Shown piece by piece: positions 63,830 to 64,000 of a DNA stretch of 64,000 nt. Both the position numbers and the translations under genes were made by a program. Under the pieces are notes generated by a model that was not told where the DNA came from, made no database searches, and worked only from the letters and a program-made list of their open reading frames with translations. Within the stretch, counting starts at the first letter, position 1. Each line of letters opens with the position of its first letter. Source of the DNA: Acidimicrobiales bacterium (GTDB taxonomy: Bacteria; Actinomycetota; Acidimicrobiia; Acidimicrobiales; JACDCH01); the NCBI GenBank assembly GCA_051000215.1, contig JBPCON010000035.1, positions 7,852-71,851 on the forward strand. Direction: 5' to 3'.

Positions 63830-64000
63830 CTACTGAGCTGAGTCGTCGGTTCGCCGGCGCAACCGGCGCGACGCGAACGCTGCGGCGAGGAGGAGCGCCG
63901 GAGCGACGACATCCAGCTGGCCTCCCGTCGCGGGAAGCGTGCTCGCGCCTCGTTCGGACGACGCCGATGCTGCCGGTGCCGCCACAGCCGGAGCGTCCTC
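63830..64000 (-). CDS. C-terminus of an LPXTG (LPATG) cell-wall-anchored surface protein, N-terminal part outside the window
   Basis: Hand translation of the minus strand: ...ERGASTLPATGGQLDVVAPALLLAAAFASRRLRRRTDDSAQ*. This is LPATG, a hydrophobic helix and a basic tail. Stop TAG at 63830-63832. Confidence 0.7.
   Translation of the reverse strand, partial: EDAPAVAAPAASASSERGASTLPATGGQLDVVAPALLLAAAFASRRLRRRTDDSAQ

Overview
This is a very GC-rich, gene-dense Actinomycetota-type chromosomal segment. Most genes are read from third-position GC bias, and many are joined by GTGA, TAGTG or TGATG stop/start overlaps. I saw no rRNA, CRISPR array, transposase or integrase.

Gene content from left to right:
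- A methyltransferase fragment and nadE.
- A translationally coupled ferritin-like/DUF455 trio.
- A group 1/2 sigma factor.
- A gnd-pgi-phosphatase-Nfu_N operon.
- A HAD hydrolase followed by the conserved actinobacterial 'helicase/secretion neighbourhood': an Ssd/CpaE-like protein, TadA, TadB, TadC, a Flp pilin, a TadE-like protein and a DEAH helicase with a DUF1998 tail. Here a class E sortase and a secreted Fn3 surface protein sit between the pilin genes and the helicase.
- A BldG/RsbW-like STAS-kinase pair and two paralogous lipoproteins.
- fadE and a crotonase, then topA-MFS-tmk-holB-tRNA-Thr(CGT).
- A HEPN/MNT toxin-antitoxin pair just downstream of the tRNA.
- A MerR-HTH/class III cyclase/YHS fusion next to a Met/His-rich cupredoxin lipoprotein and a BlaI/BlaR1 pair.
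- An M15 peptidase, lgt, a WhiB-family gene and an MsrPQ-like molybdoenzyme/cytochrome b pair.
- A lipid/steroid-type catabolic cluster: SCPx-like thiolase, MFE-2-like SDR, P450, CoA-transferase, HMG-CoA lyase, TetR and an LLM oxidoreductase.
- Two MFS exporters.
- At 54.4-61.6 kb, a compact atypical type VII-like secretion module.
- sigH-rsrA, a zincin-like DUF2342 protein and the C-terminus of an LPATG-anchored protein.

The type VII-like module is the most interesting element. It comprises a ubiquitin-like/FHA/FtsK-x3 ATPase, two WXG100-like proteins, a membrane Ser/Thr kinase and a divergent DUF1023 hydrolase. No EccB/D/E, mycosin or EssA/B/EsaA genes lie nearby.

All functional calls come from reading motifs in the supplied translations and from hand translation. 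No database search was run.
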